This document shows, piece by piece, positions 34,530 through 47,618 of a stretch of DNA of 64,000 nucleotides; positions within the stretch are counted from its first letter, which is position 1; the number at the start of each line of letters is the position of its first letter. The position numbers were made by a program, and so were the translations under genes. The stretch is taken from assembly GCA_051942205.1 (NCBI GenBank), contig JAVECO010000011.1, positions 124,001-188,000 on the forward strand. Reading direction: 5' to 3'. The notes under the pieces are model-generated. The model was not told the DNA's origin. It searched no databases and worked only from the letters and a program-made list of their open reading frames with translations. Source of the stretch: Coniocarpon cinnabarinum. Lineage: Eukaryota.

Positions 34530-37500
34530 TCATCTTCTCCTCGTCATGACTGACGCTTCAGCTTTCTTGATCGAGCCCTTCAGTCCGACGCCCTTGTCGC
34601 AATTGTCTTCCAGCCAGCCCTCCATCCTTTCTCTCACGGTCTTCAGACTCTTCAGAGCGGGGAGCCGGCCACCTTCCTCACACTCCGCAGCACGACCTGA
34701 GTTCAGTAAGAATGCAAAGACTTCCTGCCAGATCTCGGTTTGCCAGTATCGCTTCAGGCTCTCGCGAAGACGGTACGTTTTCGTCGCTCCAGCGCCCAAT
34801 GCGCCACCACGGTCGGCAATGGTATCGATGTATTTGCCAAAGAGCATGACGTGCACGATTGCGGCCAGCCCGTGATAGTCAGCTTGGAATGTCCATGGCC
34901 GTAGCTCGCGCATTTCCGCGCAGTCCGTGGCTGAAGTCTCCCAGTCAGCAATGAACTGCACGTTCGGTTGGAAAGCACGCATATCAATCCCCCGACCAAA
35001 ATCGATCAGTGAAATGCCTTTCGCACTCCAGCCGCCAGCTCCGGACCTGTCGTAGTTTGCGGACAGCTCTTCGCATGAGGACACATTGGTGGGGTCCTCG
35101 AAACGGATCATGACATTATCCGGCTTCAAGTCGCCGTGAATGATGCCTTTCCCATGTAGTCCCTCCACCGTCCGGAACAGCTCGACAGTGAAAAACATCG
35201 CCAGGGTCTCGTCCATGGCCCCAGAATTGCCCGCAGCAGCATGCTCGCGGGTGCAAACGTTGATGAGATCCAGGAGAGTGCCCTGGTCACGATACTCTTC
35301 AACCAGAAAGCCCTCATCTTGAAACAGATGCATCTCGTATGCATCAATGATAGAATCTGCTGCGCGCGAGACACCCAACCGTCGCTTGGCTGCTCGAATG
35401 ATGTAGAACTCCCAAGATGAGGGGGGATCTTCCATCTTCACGGCTTCCAAACGACGTCTTGCACCATTTGCACTCCCCGTAACATCTGCAACTTCCTCTG
35501 ACTCTTCATCTATTGGTTCGGCAAGATAGACTGGTGCAAAAGCGCCTGCACCAAGCTCTCGTTGCACCGCCAGCTGTCTCTCAGCTCCATCAAAAGTCAA
35601 AATGGGTGGCAGCGTGACTGTGCATGTTTTTTCGTTCAAGCTTTTGCCTCCTTTCGCTGTTGCTTTGCAATACCTTCTAATGTCTGTGCGTCTATTTGAC
35701 ATTTGCAAGCCGTGGTCAAAGAAGCCCTTAAAACTACTCAAAGGTGGGTGCATCTCCATGAGGATCGTCTGACGAATACTCTCGTTGGTCGGATTGCACT
35801 GTCGGTCCCTGACAATCGGTCCCTTCATTGTCGCATCCTTGGAAATTTTCGGCGCTGGTGTATTGCTGATCGCGGGGGAAAGGGGCACTACAGACCTTTG
35901 GGGCGCCGGATCCAGCTTTGGTTGGGGAATAGGATGACGATTATTCAAAGCCTCCTCCAACTCCTCCTGAAATGGACTGCTCAGGAGCTCGCCTTCATCC
36001 TCTGGGATGACAGGAGTTCTTTGGCCGCCCTTAGGACATGGCGTCTTGATGTTGAAGTAATCCTTCTCTTTGTAAGTCAACCCTGTGCCCATTGAAGATT
36101 CGGTCTGCTCTGCAATGGGTGTCATGAACGGCAACCTGCTCTGAGCGACCTGTTCTGGGTCTCGATATGGACGCGTAGGAGCTTCAATGTCATCCGGAGG
36201 CAGAGGAATCGTGAAGGTTCGCTTTGTCTCCACTAACAGCTCCGGAGAGTTAGGCGTCTTCACCTCCTCGTCGAGGACAGCGTCACCAGCGTTCTCTGAC
36301 ATATCTGACCCTTCCTCAGGGGATGCTTCCACGTCATCGGTATCATTTTGACCATTGTGTCCGTGATCAGGCAGGTCTTTCCGAGTGTCAAAGTCGGTCC
36401 ATCCGGTATTGTTGCCCGTCTCCTCCGTATCTGGAGCGCTCGCCACCTCCACGAGATCTGCATCTGTATGATCATCTTCGAAGTCGCTGGTGGTGGTTGA
36501 GATATGACCAGTACCACCAGTGCTATCACCTGCACTGGTGTAATCATCATCACTTGAGAGACCGTCATCTATTACCTCAGTAGTATCGTTGGCGTCCAAA
36601 GTCTGGTTGAATAAATCGTACATCTCGTCCCGAGCAGCTTTGGTACAGATTGTAACGGTCGCGGTCGGATCTGAAGATTTCTTCCGCCTGATGCGAGGGC
36701 CTTGCGGTGAGTTTAGATTCGTTTGGACTAATCGATGTTAGTATCACTCGCAAAGTCGCACCAAAGACAGAACTCACTGGTTTGCGTTTCATTCCTCATC
36801 TCTCGTACTTTGATCTTTCGGGTTTTGTTCTCATCATTCATCCCCTTTTTCTTGCTCACGGTGGCCTTCATTGAGGGCGAGGCGAGGCGCGGCGGGGCAT
36901 TCTCGTCATTCTCATCGTTCAGTCGCACTATACGAGGTGTATACTCGCGTGAAGCCACTGCTGTGTCATTATCAGCTCCTCCGCGCAGCTGTTTCTGTGG
37001 AGAGTTTGTGAGTGGTAATCGAGGTGGCTTCGATGGTGTCCAGTTGCGCTTTGGTGAAGCGACGCTTCGCCAGTTCTTTTGCAGCCAACCACGCTTAGCT
37101 GCTCTTAGTTCTTCGAAGCAAAATTCAACGTCAGGATTGGCTGGGTCTGGATATACAGCTTCTAAGTTCACGGCAACACATTCGAGCTTTCCTGTACGTG
37201 GATTGACGACCTTCTGGTCAAGAGATGGATGGCTTTCAACAGGTGGCAATGGCACTCGTGACAAAGACTGATACGTACAGAAACACATTAGTCCTGCTCC
37301 TCTGACAATCAGAATTTGATTTATTAGGGAGATGGATCAAAACTTACCGGATCTTTGAACACCATCATCTTAGGTGCTGTTGATGGAGCTCTCGAGGACT
37401 TCATAGTTTCGCCTGTCCACACTGATGCCCCCACCACATTCTCCTTCTTTCTATCCGCCACTGTGCCAATATTCTCCCATCCACGTGAGCCACTTGAGAG

Positions 37501-38310
37501 AGGCCTTGACTCGGCACCCTCGTCCGAAAATATCTCCAACTTCTTGCCTCGTCCCATCGCTGATGAGGCTTGTCGTTGTGACTGTTGCGCTTGAGCATCA
37601 GGTGCTTGTGGATCAGATTGGGCGAATGGGTCAGCTCTCGACGCAAGTGCAGGTCGGACAGCTGGCAGCGCTGGCGAGCCAGGCTGTTGTGCAGCTCGCG
37701 GTTGTGTTTCGAGTCGCTTCTCGAATTCGCCAAACTTGCGCATCAAACGTTCCACCGGGCGCGCCTCGTTCTCAATTCCCATATTAAATACCTCCTCGGC
37801 CTGGCTCCATCGGCCCGCATTCTCAAGCCAGGCTGCAAACTCTTCATAGTAGAGTGCCAGGCCATCACCTATGCCACGGCGCGCAAGATATGCAAAGGTC
37901 TCGCGCGGATCGTCCGAAAAGAAGCGAATATAACTCAACCACAGGCGCATGTATCGAGGATCATTCTTGTAGTGCGGTGAGTCCAGAAAAGCTCTCGTCG
38001 CGCGTTCGAGGAGAGGGAGGAGCTGCGACTGAGGTGTTGCTTGAGCTGCAGGATAGGTGTTCAGTGTCCATTTACAGTAGCGATCGTAGACGTCCAACGG
38101 ATCGTCTGAGTCTTCGATGTTTTGTATCTCCTTTTCAAAATCTTGTCGCGCGAGGTCATTGATGTCTTGTGTGTGGGAGGGGGACTTGATTGCAAGTGGA
38201 GAAAAGACTGATGCAAGGCTTTTGGCCGATCGTCCACTTGGGAGAGCTTGAATGTTTTCCTTGGAGTCTTCGATGACATCGAAGTCAATGAGGTCGCCCG
38301 TCTCGGCCAT
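34530..38310 (-). CDS. BUB1: Spindle checkpoint kinase Bub1 (MadBub), 3 exons (38310-37348, 37267-36778, 36727-34530)
   Basis: KENIQALPSGRS, TPR domain DDPLD..YKNDPRY, second KEN (RKKEN), GLEBS EFCFEELRA, and kinase LGAGAFAPVY / HGDLKPDN / IDFGRGID. Introns splice in frame. Confidence 0.97.
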
Positions 38311-38899
38311 GTTGCTGTGCTTGTCAATATGACTTCCAGGAGGTCATGATCGAGTGGGTTTTGCTTCGCAATATTTCTTTTTTCCATTGTTTGTCGGTTG
38401 CCATGGTGGTGACAGAGGAAAGACGAACTGTGATTGGCCAGCCAGGAGGCAGGGACTCGGCAGGGTCAGCGTCATGATCCTCAACGACGGAATTCAAGAA
38501 CAGATTTCCGGTCACTTACTAGACTCTTCGAGCAGCGACATTTCAGGCGCAATGTATGGCACGTGATAGCTCCTTGAAAGATCTGTGCATGACCAGCCAT
38601 GCCGAAGAGTGTAGGATTAGGACTGGTTATTGAATCCCTGGCTTGAGGAAGGCTTGACCCAACTTCTTTCTACACGAGCAAAGCAAGAAGAATGATGATC
38701 CATCAATCCTTTACACAATCAATCCATAGGGTAGAATCTGCACAATTTATCGCGAAGCTCAAGCATTGGTAATAAAAATTGCAAGAGCGATTCCTTCATG
38801 CTCTACGTAAATGTCATGCGCAGTGACAAGTATCTGCATGTTCATCTATCCACAATCCCCAAGAACATACAAGAAGGAAAGAGCCGCATCAAAGGCCGT

Positions 38900-40231
38900 C
38901 TAAATCAACAGTTTGTTCTTCTGACTAGGCGCGCTGCTGCACTGAGACATGGCGCTCGCATAGGAAGTGGCGCTAGCCTGGCCAATATAAGCGTCCGCGA
39001 TGGGGTTGCCAGGTTGCAATGAATCCTGAGCATCGTTGTTGGAAACCCAGTACGGCGAGTAGCGGAAGATGTAATCTTGTTCTGGTTGGTCCATCCAGTT
39101 GGCAGCCTGGGCAATGAAGCTGCCCCTGTCTTCTTGCTTGATGTTGGGATTGTTTGCCTGTAGACTGAACTCTGTAACCCAGATTTTAAGTTGCTGGCCA
39201 TTGTACTTCAAATCGTCGTTGTTGTGGAAGTCTTCGACGTATTTGGCAAACGCCGCCACTTCGCACTCGACACTTCCCGATAGATCACCCTGAGAGTACC
39301 AGTGCAGTGCCAGATAATCGATCTGGCATTTGTTCTTCTCACATGCACGCAGGAAAGGTTTTAGCCATTCGGAATCCGCGCCCGGCGTGCTGGATATCGC
39401 GGGAGCAACAAAATTCTGAGCGCCATCGGCGTTTTGCTGGAAGATGTTGACGTAGTCCTCGGCGCTGGCACTCGGGTCGCAGTAGGTTGAAGGAGCGCCA
39501 TTGCCACCCTTGAAATCAGGCTCGTTATAGAAGAGTGCGTATGGAGCATTGACTCCCTGAGGCTTTGGCGACTTTCCTTCCCACGCGTTCACCCACATGT
39601 CTCCGTTGTTTTTGCAAGTTCGAAGCATGGGAACAAATTGAACGGTGTCACCGTCAACGGGAATGTCAAAGGTTGATAGAGATGTATCACCCTGCTTTGG
39701 GTAACCTTCCCAGCTCATCATCCACTGGACCTGACCACTGGCTTGCGCAGCGATGGCGGTAGCGGATGCAAACGCTGCTCCTGCATCGTCCTTGGTGTAA
39801 GCAAGGCCCATTTTGTTACCAGCAGCGCCTCCACCACTTCCACCACCGCTACCGTTGCTGTTGCCGTTGCCACTGCCACTGCCTTGTGTGCTGTTGCTTC
39901 CACCAACGCTGGAAGCTGCTTGGCTGGAGGAAGACGTAGAAGTCATTGAAGCACCGGTCATGGGGTTATTGGTTGGGACGTCTGTTATCTGAGCGGCTGC
40001 TTGGTTTGTAGGGGCTGCGGCTTTGTTTTGAAATCTCGTGTTGCCCTGGCCACTCTGTTCGGCTTGAGCGACCTGAGCGACCGAAGTGCCCTCAGTTTGC
40101 TCGCTTGCTGCGTTTCCTCCAGCCGTCTGGGTGACGATTGAAGTGACTGTTACTATTGCAGGTCTAGGCGCGGCTAACGCAGGGGCGGCCATTGCAGCCA
40201 CTAGAGCGAGCTTCGCAAGCTGGAATGCCAT
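38900..40231 (-). CDS. Secreted GH128 (Asl1-like) beta-1,3-glucanase with S/T/G-rich linker
   Basis: Signal peptide, then KMGLAY, FVPML, YNEPD (acid/base), DYLALHWY, KIWVTEF (nucleophile) and IFRYS. Confidence 0.88.
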   Translation of the reverse strand: MAFQLAKLALVAAMAAPALAAPRPAIVTVTSIVTQTAGGNAASEQTEGTSVAQVAQAEQSGQGNTRFQNKAAAPTNQAAAQITDVPTNNPMTGASMTSTSSSSQAASSVGGSNSTQGSGSGNGNSNGSGGGSGGGAAGNKMGLAYTKDDAGAAFASATAIAAQASGQVQWMMSWEGYPKQGDTSLSTFDIPVDGDTVQFVPMLRTCKNNGDMWVNAWEGKSPKPQGVNAPYALFYNEPDFKGGNGAPSTYCDPSASAEDYVNIFQQNADGAQNFVAPAISSTPGADSEWLKPFLRACEKNKCQIDYLALHWYSQGDLSGSVECEVAAFAKYVEDFHNNDDLKYNGQQLKIWVTEFSLQANNPNIKQEDRGSFIAQAANWMDQPEQDYIFRYSPYWVSNNDAQDSLQPGNPIADAYIGQASATSYASAMSQCSSAPSQKNKLLI

Positions 40232-41587
40232 CGTAATCGATGAATTTAACGTATCTGTTGAATGAAAGGGTGCTGGTATTGTAGGGAGATACAGTGGAAC
40301 GCTTCGTTCAATGCTTTCTGTCTACTATCTTGATTGGATAAGCGAATGGATGCTGCCGACCGGGGCGAGCAGATGATGCTGCGTCGAGCGGTGTCAATTG
40401 TGGTATAAAATGAATGACTGCGTCCTGGGGACAAGGAATGGAACGAGCGACTGCTCAGTGCAAGCGAGCTACGGACAAGAAGATCGCAATGTTTCTGGCA
40501 AGCTTAAAGAGAAGGAAAAAAATCAAGAAAGGGATATAAGAAGGATGTGTACGGATTTTCATGAAGGGGCTCCAGTGGGAACCCCCAGCCGCGGCGTCTT
40601 GCCGTCCAGTGCGTGCGGAGCGCATTTCAATTTGAGGGATCGGGAGCATAACACGTTTCACTAACGGATTGCGGAGTGTCGTCAGAAGAGCGGATTGTGC
40701 ACGTCCACTTTCGACCCAATTGTTCGGCGCCGCAGCGGATGGCCCCCAGAGAATCTGTCGCGTTCATGCTGTTTTTGACAGACTTGGCCTTCGGACCGTG
40801 CATATCAACAAGGCTGTTGCAGGAGGCGTGGCTCCGCTTCCATCTGCTTCGTATGGAATCGTGTCCTTTTGCGTACTGCCCCCCTTCTCCTGTTTGGGGC
40901 ATGCTTTGAAAGTGTCGAAGCTGCAAGCGCAGCATCAGTCACGCTGCCCTGGAGGGCAGGCATATGACATTCAGTGATAGCCACAGCTAGCCATCATCTC
41001 GGCGAGCGGACGAGGATGTAACGCTGGCGGGTTGGGGAGCGGCAGAAAAACTGACGAGCCCACGAATGGGAAGAGAAGAGAGCGGTTGAAACAACACTGT
41101 TGTGCCGCGAAAGATTGATTAGATCGGGAATCTAGAAGGATTGCCAAGGATCCTTTCTTGTCACGTGATGCGCTATCGCCAAGCCGAGGGACCTTTCCAA
41201 CGCGCCGTTTAATGCGCTTCTCCTACCTCATCTGAGGTAACAGTCAAAAGAAAATCTTTGTGTGCTGACGTATCCCTTGCAGCATACGTCGGACGTCGTT
41301 GCGGTACACAAAGACGGATCACAGGCATGAGTCCAGGCGCTTTTTGGCGAAGAGAATTGAATCTGTTGCACTTAATACGCCCAATGCTAAGCGTGCGCTC
41401 AGCCGCCTTGGCCTCCCTTTACATATCTGAACGCTCCGATTTCCATTTGCAAGCCGGGCGTAGACCAGCGAGAGAAGCCTGTGCATCAGAGGAAAGAGCA
41501 GATCTCTTGGGCGCCCAGACTCTTCTGCATCGACGTTCTTGACTCTTCAACGGCGGGTCGAGTCTCCGTCATCGGCTGGGTGTTTTC

Positions 41588-42681
41588 CTAAGGACGGTCC
41601 AGGGGTAGAATATGCGGCAGTGGCCCCGCCGGCACAATCCCCGTTTTCGATGCTACCGCGTAGCCTTTCTTGAAGCAGATGAAATCCGTCGTGTTCTTGA
41701 AAGCGCCACCGTTGGTCTCTGGGCCTGCATCCCAGTAGAGCTCTCGCAGCCAGCGGTGGAGGTGTGGATAGTCGTGTCGTATCATCTTGATATTGCACCT
41801 AAACATCGTATGGTAGGCCGCATCTGATCCTTCTTGTAAGCAGCTTGATCCCACTCGATGTGGCTTTCGTACGAGGAAAGAGACTCACCAAACCGGATCA
41901 ACGTGGTGTACAACCGTATGTCTGCTTCAGTGACATGTTCACCGAATAGAAACCTCCCCTTTCCCTCCCTCTCCTTCAAATGCTTTTCCAATCGATCTAA
42001 CCCCTCAAATACCTTCCACACATGCCCCTCATACGCCTCCTGCGTGCCCGCAAAGCCCGTTTTGTACACTCCGTTATTCACCATATCGTAAACCCACTCA
42101 TTCATCTCCTCGACCTGCCCCTTCAACCCCTTCGGCAACAATCCACCACCTGGTCGATTTCCCTCCCGCATCTCCACCGGCAAAAGCTCATCGAATTCAG
42201 AGTAAAACATCCGAATGATCTCACTGCTTTCATTACTCACAATCGTTTCCTTCTTCTTATCCCATAGCATCGGCACCGTGTACCTCAATTTGTACTCCGG
42301 GTCCGCCTTCCAATACAGCTGACGAATCTCTGTGAAGCCGTAGAGCGGGTCCTTCTCAGCGCTGCTGTCCTTGCCGTTGAAGATCCAGCCTCGGTCTGTG
42401 AGCTCAAATCCCATCACGACGAGCTGTATGATGGATTCGAGCCCTTTGAGGCTGCGGACGATGTTGGTGCGATGCGCCCATGGACAGCCGTAGTTCAAGT
42501 AGAGGACGTAGCGGTCTTTCTCGGGCGGGAAGGGAGATCCAGGAGCTGAGGAGATGTGGTTTCGAAACTGGGAGTTTTGGCGGCGGAACTGACCATCTGG
42601 GTCAGATTGCTGGAGTGTGTGAGTAGGCGGTTTGTCAGCAGTGGGCTGGTTTGTGATGGTGGTGGTGGCGGTAGTAGACAT
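41588..42681 (-). CDS. ECM4: Glutathionyl-hydroquinone reductase / omega-like GST, 2 exons (42681-41889, 41823-41588)
   Basis: [53 protein letters not shown], and [24 protein letters not shown] across a GTGAGT..CAG intron. Confidence 0.93.
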
Positions 42682-43121
42682 TGGTGCGAAGCTGTAGGTC
42701 TGTTAATACTACCGATGATTCGTTGGAACAGTGTTCAGACACAAAAAAGGGGTTTGGAAAGAGCCAGGATATCGACTATATACGTACAAATACCTGGAAG
42801 AGTCACGTGGACGATGAACAATCAAGCTCACCAAGCGCGGGGAGCTTTCCGTGCGAGATCGCTGTACCCAAAGAGGCTCGATGAGCGAGCGTCGCTTCTA
42901 GACCAGGTTACATGACTGATCGTGCGCAAAAAATGCAGAATGTGGATTCAAAATAGGGAGAGCGTGGAACAGAAGATTGTAGGAGATAGCATGCCAGCAC
43001 CCCAAAAGTATGTTCGGTGTAATCGAATACTTTCTTAAAAGTTCGAGCCTCATATTTTATCTTCAATTCATCATCACGAGCATGCGCAGCCTCATGTGCT
43101 TCTCGGCCTTAGCAGATAGCT

Positions 43122-44990
43122 TCATTGCCAATGTCGGCTTCTCTTGAACAAGATGTCTCCCCCGCTCTCCCAGCTTCTGCCCACAGTGCTCGCCTTCAGG
43201 ATCCCCTGAGTCACGAGATCGTTAATCAAGTCGAACAACATGCCATCACAGCCTCTAGCCACCATCATGTCTACAGTCACAGGCAATACTTCTTCATGGT
43301 CCGTGATGGTCGAGTTGTAGGAGGCCTCACCCACAGGCACCACAAAGTCAGGCGCCTCGCTAAAAACACTAATCCGGTCGTCGCCGAAGCCGTAGGGCAC
43401 ACTCGGCGGTCCACGGTATGTATTACGGTACGTTTGACTTCCATCTGTGCCCACGTACAGCAGGATCTTGTCCGAGCACGAGGCACTGCTGTTGTCGGGT
43501 ATCAGCACATTGCTCTCAAACCAGTTCATGAACACAGTCTTATTGGCAATGGTCTCGTTTGCTGCAGTGTCAGGGAAGCTATCGCCAAATGCCCAGCGTA
43601 CGAGCGGCGCAGGATCGACGAACGGGCGGCGTCCATCGTTGGCAGCCCCATAAGCAGCGTAGAATGGGTCGCGAAGCAGTCGTGTCTGATCTTGAGCGAT
43701 TAAAATAGGGTATGTAAGATTCAGAAGCTCTTCAAGATCCGAGCTGGGCGACTCTGGCGGCGTGTTATTAGCAAATGCTTCGCTGATATTGTACGGTGTG
43801 ACCGAAGTACCTAGATAAGAGGCGAGTGAGTTTGCAAAGCCGACTATCGCTGCACTTGCATCATCACTGGTGTTTGTTGGAAAGTCTACGGTCAGGATCT
43901 GTTTGGGATAGGCCTGGAACTGTGGCAGGCCGCCGTAAAGAACTTGAGCGGCGGTTCGCCATAGTACAGGGTCTCGTGTCAAGAAGCCTGCTGTATCGAG
44001 CTCGGGAGCAAGCGGCATGACGCCTGTCAGGTCTACAAGGCCGTGCGTTGGTCTGTTGCCAAAAAGACCCTGAGAGTCCGAGGGACCGCGGATAGAGCCA
44101 CCGGTGTCCGAGCCTAGACTTATATCAAGCCACGAATACGCTCCTTGAGCAGCGCCTGGACCAGCGGAAGATGAAGATGTGTCTTGATAGCCGTCCCCGC
44201 GTGGATTGAACGGCTCATGATAGTCGACCCAGTCAGCAGTCGCCGTTTCGCCATTGGCAAACTGACTCGTCTTCATCTTGCCGACAATGATAGCTCCAGC
44301 GTCAACCAATCTCTGTACTGGTACAGAATTGGTGGTTGCAGCAGGATGGAATTCATACCAAGCCCTGTTGCCATCCCCAGTCTTGACACCAGCGACATCG
44401 TAGATGTCTTTGATACCGATTCGGACACCAGCTAGCGGCTGATCGGGCGTGGCTGTATAGTACAAGCGGGAGGGCACCGCAACCGCAAGGCTCTGTCCCG
44501 GTAAATTTGCGGGCAATATGGAGAACGACCCACTCGGGTCGGGCACCACTGTCTCGGTGAAGGCGCCCTCAAAATCTGAGTACAGCCGCCATGCTTGGTA
44601 GATTGATAATGTGTGGGTATTGAGCACGTATGGCCCGTTTGGAAGGCTCGTAGTCGCTGAGTAGATCGTCAACGATGAGCCATTTGAGCTCGAGGGAGCT
44701 TCCGATCCCTGGATGATGACCCCCTGGAGGAAGTCGGGCTGCCAGACATCATCGCTAGCAAAGCTTGCGGTAGCGGTAGTGACGTCGCTGCTGTTGACAA
44801 CAGTGACAGGCACCGGGCCTAGGCCCTGCTGAGTACTAGATAGTGAGCCAAATGCAAGGCTTGCTGCAGCTGTGCCGGGTAGATAGTAAGACACCCCGTT
44901 CACATTGACGGTTGTACCAGTGTTAGTTAGGGTCGCCCATGCGCCACGACAAAATATGCCCAGAGCTATTATCAGACCCCGCAATGCCAT
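43122..44990 (-). CDS. Secreted amidase-signature enzyme (GatA-like superfamily), single exon
   Basis: Signal peptide from ATG 44990. [11 protein letters not shown] (Lys), [18 protein letters not shown] (cis-Ser) and [12 protein letters not shown] (nucleophile Ser). Many N-x-S/T sequons. Confidence 0.9.
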   Translation of the reverse strand: MALRGLIIALGIFCRGAWATLTNTGTTVNVNGVSYYLPGTAAASLAFGSLSSTQQGLGPVPVTVVNSSDVTTATASFASDDVWQPDFLQGVIIQGSEAPSSSNGSSLTIYSATTSLPNGPYVLNTHTLSIYQAWRLYSDFEGAFTETVVPDPSGSFSILPANLPGQSLAVAVPSRLYYTATPDQPLAGVRIGIKDIYDVAGVKTGDGNRAWYEFHPAATTNSVPVQRLVDAGAIIVGKMKTSQFANGETATADWVDYHEPFNPRGDGYQDTSSSSAGPGAAQGAYSWLDISLGSDTGGSIRGPSDSQGLFGNRPTHGLVDLTGVMPLAPELDTAGFLTRDPVLWRTAAQVLYGGLPQFQAYPKQILTVDFPTNTSDDASAAIVGFANSLASYLGTSVTPYNISEAFANNTPPESPSSDLEELLNLTYPILIAQDQTRLLRDPFYAAYGAANDGRRPFVDPAPLVRWAFGDSFPDTAANETIANKTVFMNWFESNVLIPDNSSASCSDKILLYVGTDGSQTYRNTYRGPPSVPYGFGDDRISVFSEAPDFVVPVGEASYNSTITDHEEVLPVTVDMMVARGCDGMLFDLINDLVTQGILKASTVGRSWESGGDILFKRSRHWQ

Positions 44991-45804
44991 GGTCGAAGCT
45001 CTCGACTGCAGAGCCAGCAATGCATCTTGCGTACTTACGAGCCTCTTTTAGAGGCTCATCACCTTCGTCTTAGTCGGCAGTGAATGGACGCCGGATATGC
45101 CCATTGCACCTGAGGGGCCTTCTATTTTGGCCTATAGTTCCTGCAGCAAGCCGTTGGCAGCCCTGAACCAAACAAACTCAGCCATTGAATCGCGAAATAG
45201 CTGCAAGATAAGGGAGATGACAGTTCAGATAAGCGCTCGTGTAGCTCTGCCATTGGCGTGAAGCGGATGGCCACGACAGCGCATTAGTGGGGTTGTCAGA
45301 TTCGTGCGCGGAGTCTGGGAGGGCAAGCATCCTCTGGACTTCCAAGAGTTCGACGGAAAGTTATCGATCTAGGTGAGACAAAAGCTCGCTCCTCTGTAAC
45401 AGCAGGAATGATCTGAAACATGGTGAGATAGTGGGTTGTGACAAGCGTTTCGCTACGGAACCTCTATCTTCAAAGCTCTCTATTCTAGTATGTCGGGGGC
45501 CCTTGTGGATCATTCTCATGACCTATTCTCCTCATTGCACAAATCAACGCCAATGAAACAGATCTTCTGGCTGTGACATCAAACCAAACCCAAAGACCAG
45601 CACGTGCTTCGCAAAGCTGAATGCTGGATGGTGTCCTTACCCCTGAGCGCTGAAGGGGACAGACGTCTTTGATGAGATACTTGAACGCGGCTGGCACACG
45701 TAGTAGCAAAATCAAAACAAGAAAGAGCGAAAGAGAAGAACATGGAGACAAGCACAAGCGCTGCGAGAGGCTGCTGTAATATCCCGGCTTCTTGTGCACG
45801 TCTT

Positions 45805-47618
45805 TCATAATCTAGCTTTCTCCGGCGCGGTGACAACCAGGCCTTTCTTCCCTTCCTTGGCCTGGTCCTTCAAGACCCTTCTCAAAATCTTACCGCTGGC
45901 GCTCTTGGGTATGATATCTACCATCTCGACTTCGCGTATCCATTTGTTGCGATCCTTCTTGTCCATGACGTACCTGATGACCTCCTCACCGGTAGGCACG
46001 TCCTTGCTATGGCCTGCTTTCAGAACAATGTAAGCTTTAGGCCGCTCACCCGAGTACTCGTCTGTCACGCCCATCACCGCGCAGTCCTCAATCTTATCAT
46101 GACCGAGCAGGAGATCCTCAAGCTCTGCAGGGGCCACACCTATGCCCTTGACCTTGATCAGCTCTTTGATGCGATCAAGGACCGTGACAACCCCCTTGTC
46201 ATCAATCACGCCTAGATCCCCTGTATGTAAAAAACCATCTTGATCAAAGGTGTCCCGCGTTGCTTTTTCGTTATTGAGATAGCCCATCACTATTTGTGGT
46301 CCTCTCGCGCATATTTCGCCGGGCTCGTTGGTGCCCAGCGCTTTGCCAGTGTCTGGGTCTACCATCTTGACTTCTGTGGACGCGCACACGGTCCCAACGG
46401 AATGAGCGTATTTAAACTCAAACAGCTCTGGAGGATGCGCAGTGATGCAACTGCAACTCTCGGTCATGCCATAACCTTGTTTGAATCCTGTACCAGGGAA
46501 AATTTGCTGAAGCTGCAGCAGCACTTCCTCAGATACGGGTGCTGCTCCAGAGCTGAAGCGCCGGATACACGAGAGGTCATATTCCTTGACGATTGGATCG
46601 CGAACGAGACGTATGAGGATAGGTGGGACAAGAAGCACTTCCTTGATCTGATTGTCTTGGATGGTTTTGCAAACGGTTTTCATGCTGAATTCAGGAAGCA
46701 TGTAGACCTCAGCGTTGAGGAGAAGAGGAAGGTGCATTTGGTGGACCAATCCTGTGATGTGAAATAAGGGCAAGCAAGCGAGTATGCGCTTGTGATCTGG
46801 TGGGCTGATTTGCTGGACCTGCAACATCTGCGCAATGACATTCTGGTGGGAGATCATGACCTGCTCATGTACAATCAGCTTTGATAATTCGACACGGGTT
46901 TTGGGGCTTGGAACAGCTTGCACGCACGGCCTTCGGCAGCCCCGTCGTCCCACTAGAAAAGCTCAGAAAGCCGCAAAGCTGCCCATTTGTCTTATTCCCA
47001 GGTATTTGATAAGGCTGCACCTGGCCGTTCTCTCCAAAGCTATCACCCATGTTCACCAGCTCTTGAACGGTGCCATAACCATCCTTTTCACCCTCAAGCA
47101 AAAATATCTTGCTCTTTGGTATGCCAGCATTTTTGGCTGCTTTCTCTGCCACATCAATGCTTGTTGGACTGGTGAACAAAAACTTGGCGCCGGACTTTTC
47201 CAACGCGTATGTCATCTCTTCAACGTTGTATGCTGGACTAGCTCCACTGATGATTGCGCCGACGCGATTGACGGCAAACATGGTGACTGGGTACCATATT
47301 GTGTTGCGGGAGAAGAGTGCGACCGCATCGCCAACTTCGAGGCCATGCTCCTTGACCAACGCTGTTGAGATGCATGTCGCTACATGCTTCACGCGGGCAT
47401 AGGTCAGGCGATCTTTCGAAATGGCGTTCGTGAAGCCAGCTGGAGCAGAGCCCTCTGCGACATGAGGGAGCTTTGTGGATTGATCTCGAGCGAAGAGAAA
47501 ATCCCAAATGGTTGTTTGAGGTGGAGGTACTGGAGCTTTGTATTAACAAGAGGGCAGTCGAGGGTGAGCTGCTGAACCAACATTTAATATCAGGCTGTAA
47601 GGATCTGAAGATGGTCAT
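45805..47618 (-). CDS. 4-coumarate/phenylacetate-CoA ligase-like AMP-binding enzyme, peroxisomal, 3 exons
   Basis: FSSGTTGLPKA|VMISH, LPLFHITG, QGYGMTES, FLHTGD, DRIKELIKVKG and IPKSASGKILRR. C-terminal ARL fits PTS1. Confidence 0.93.
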
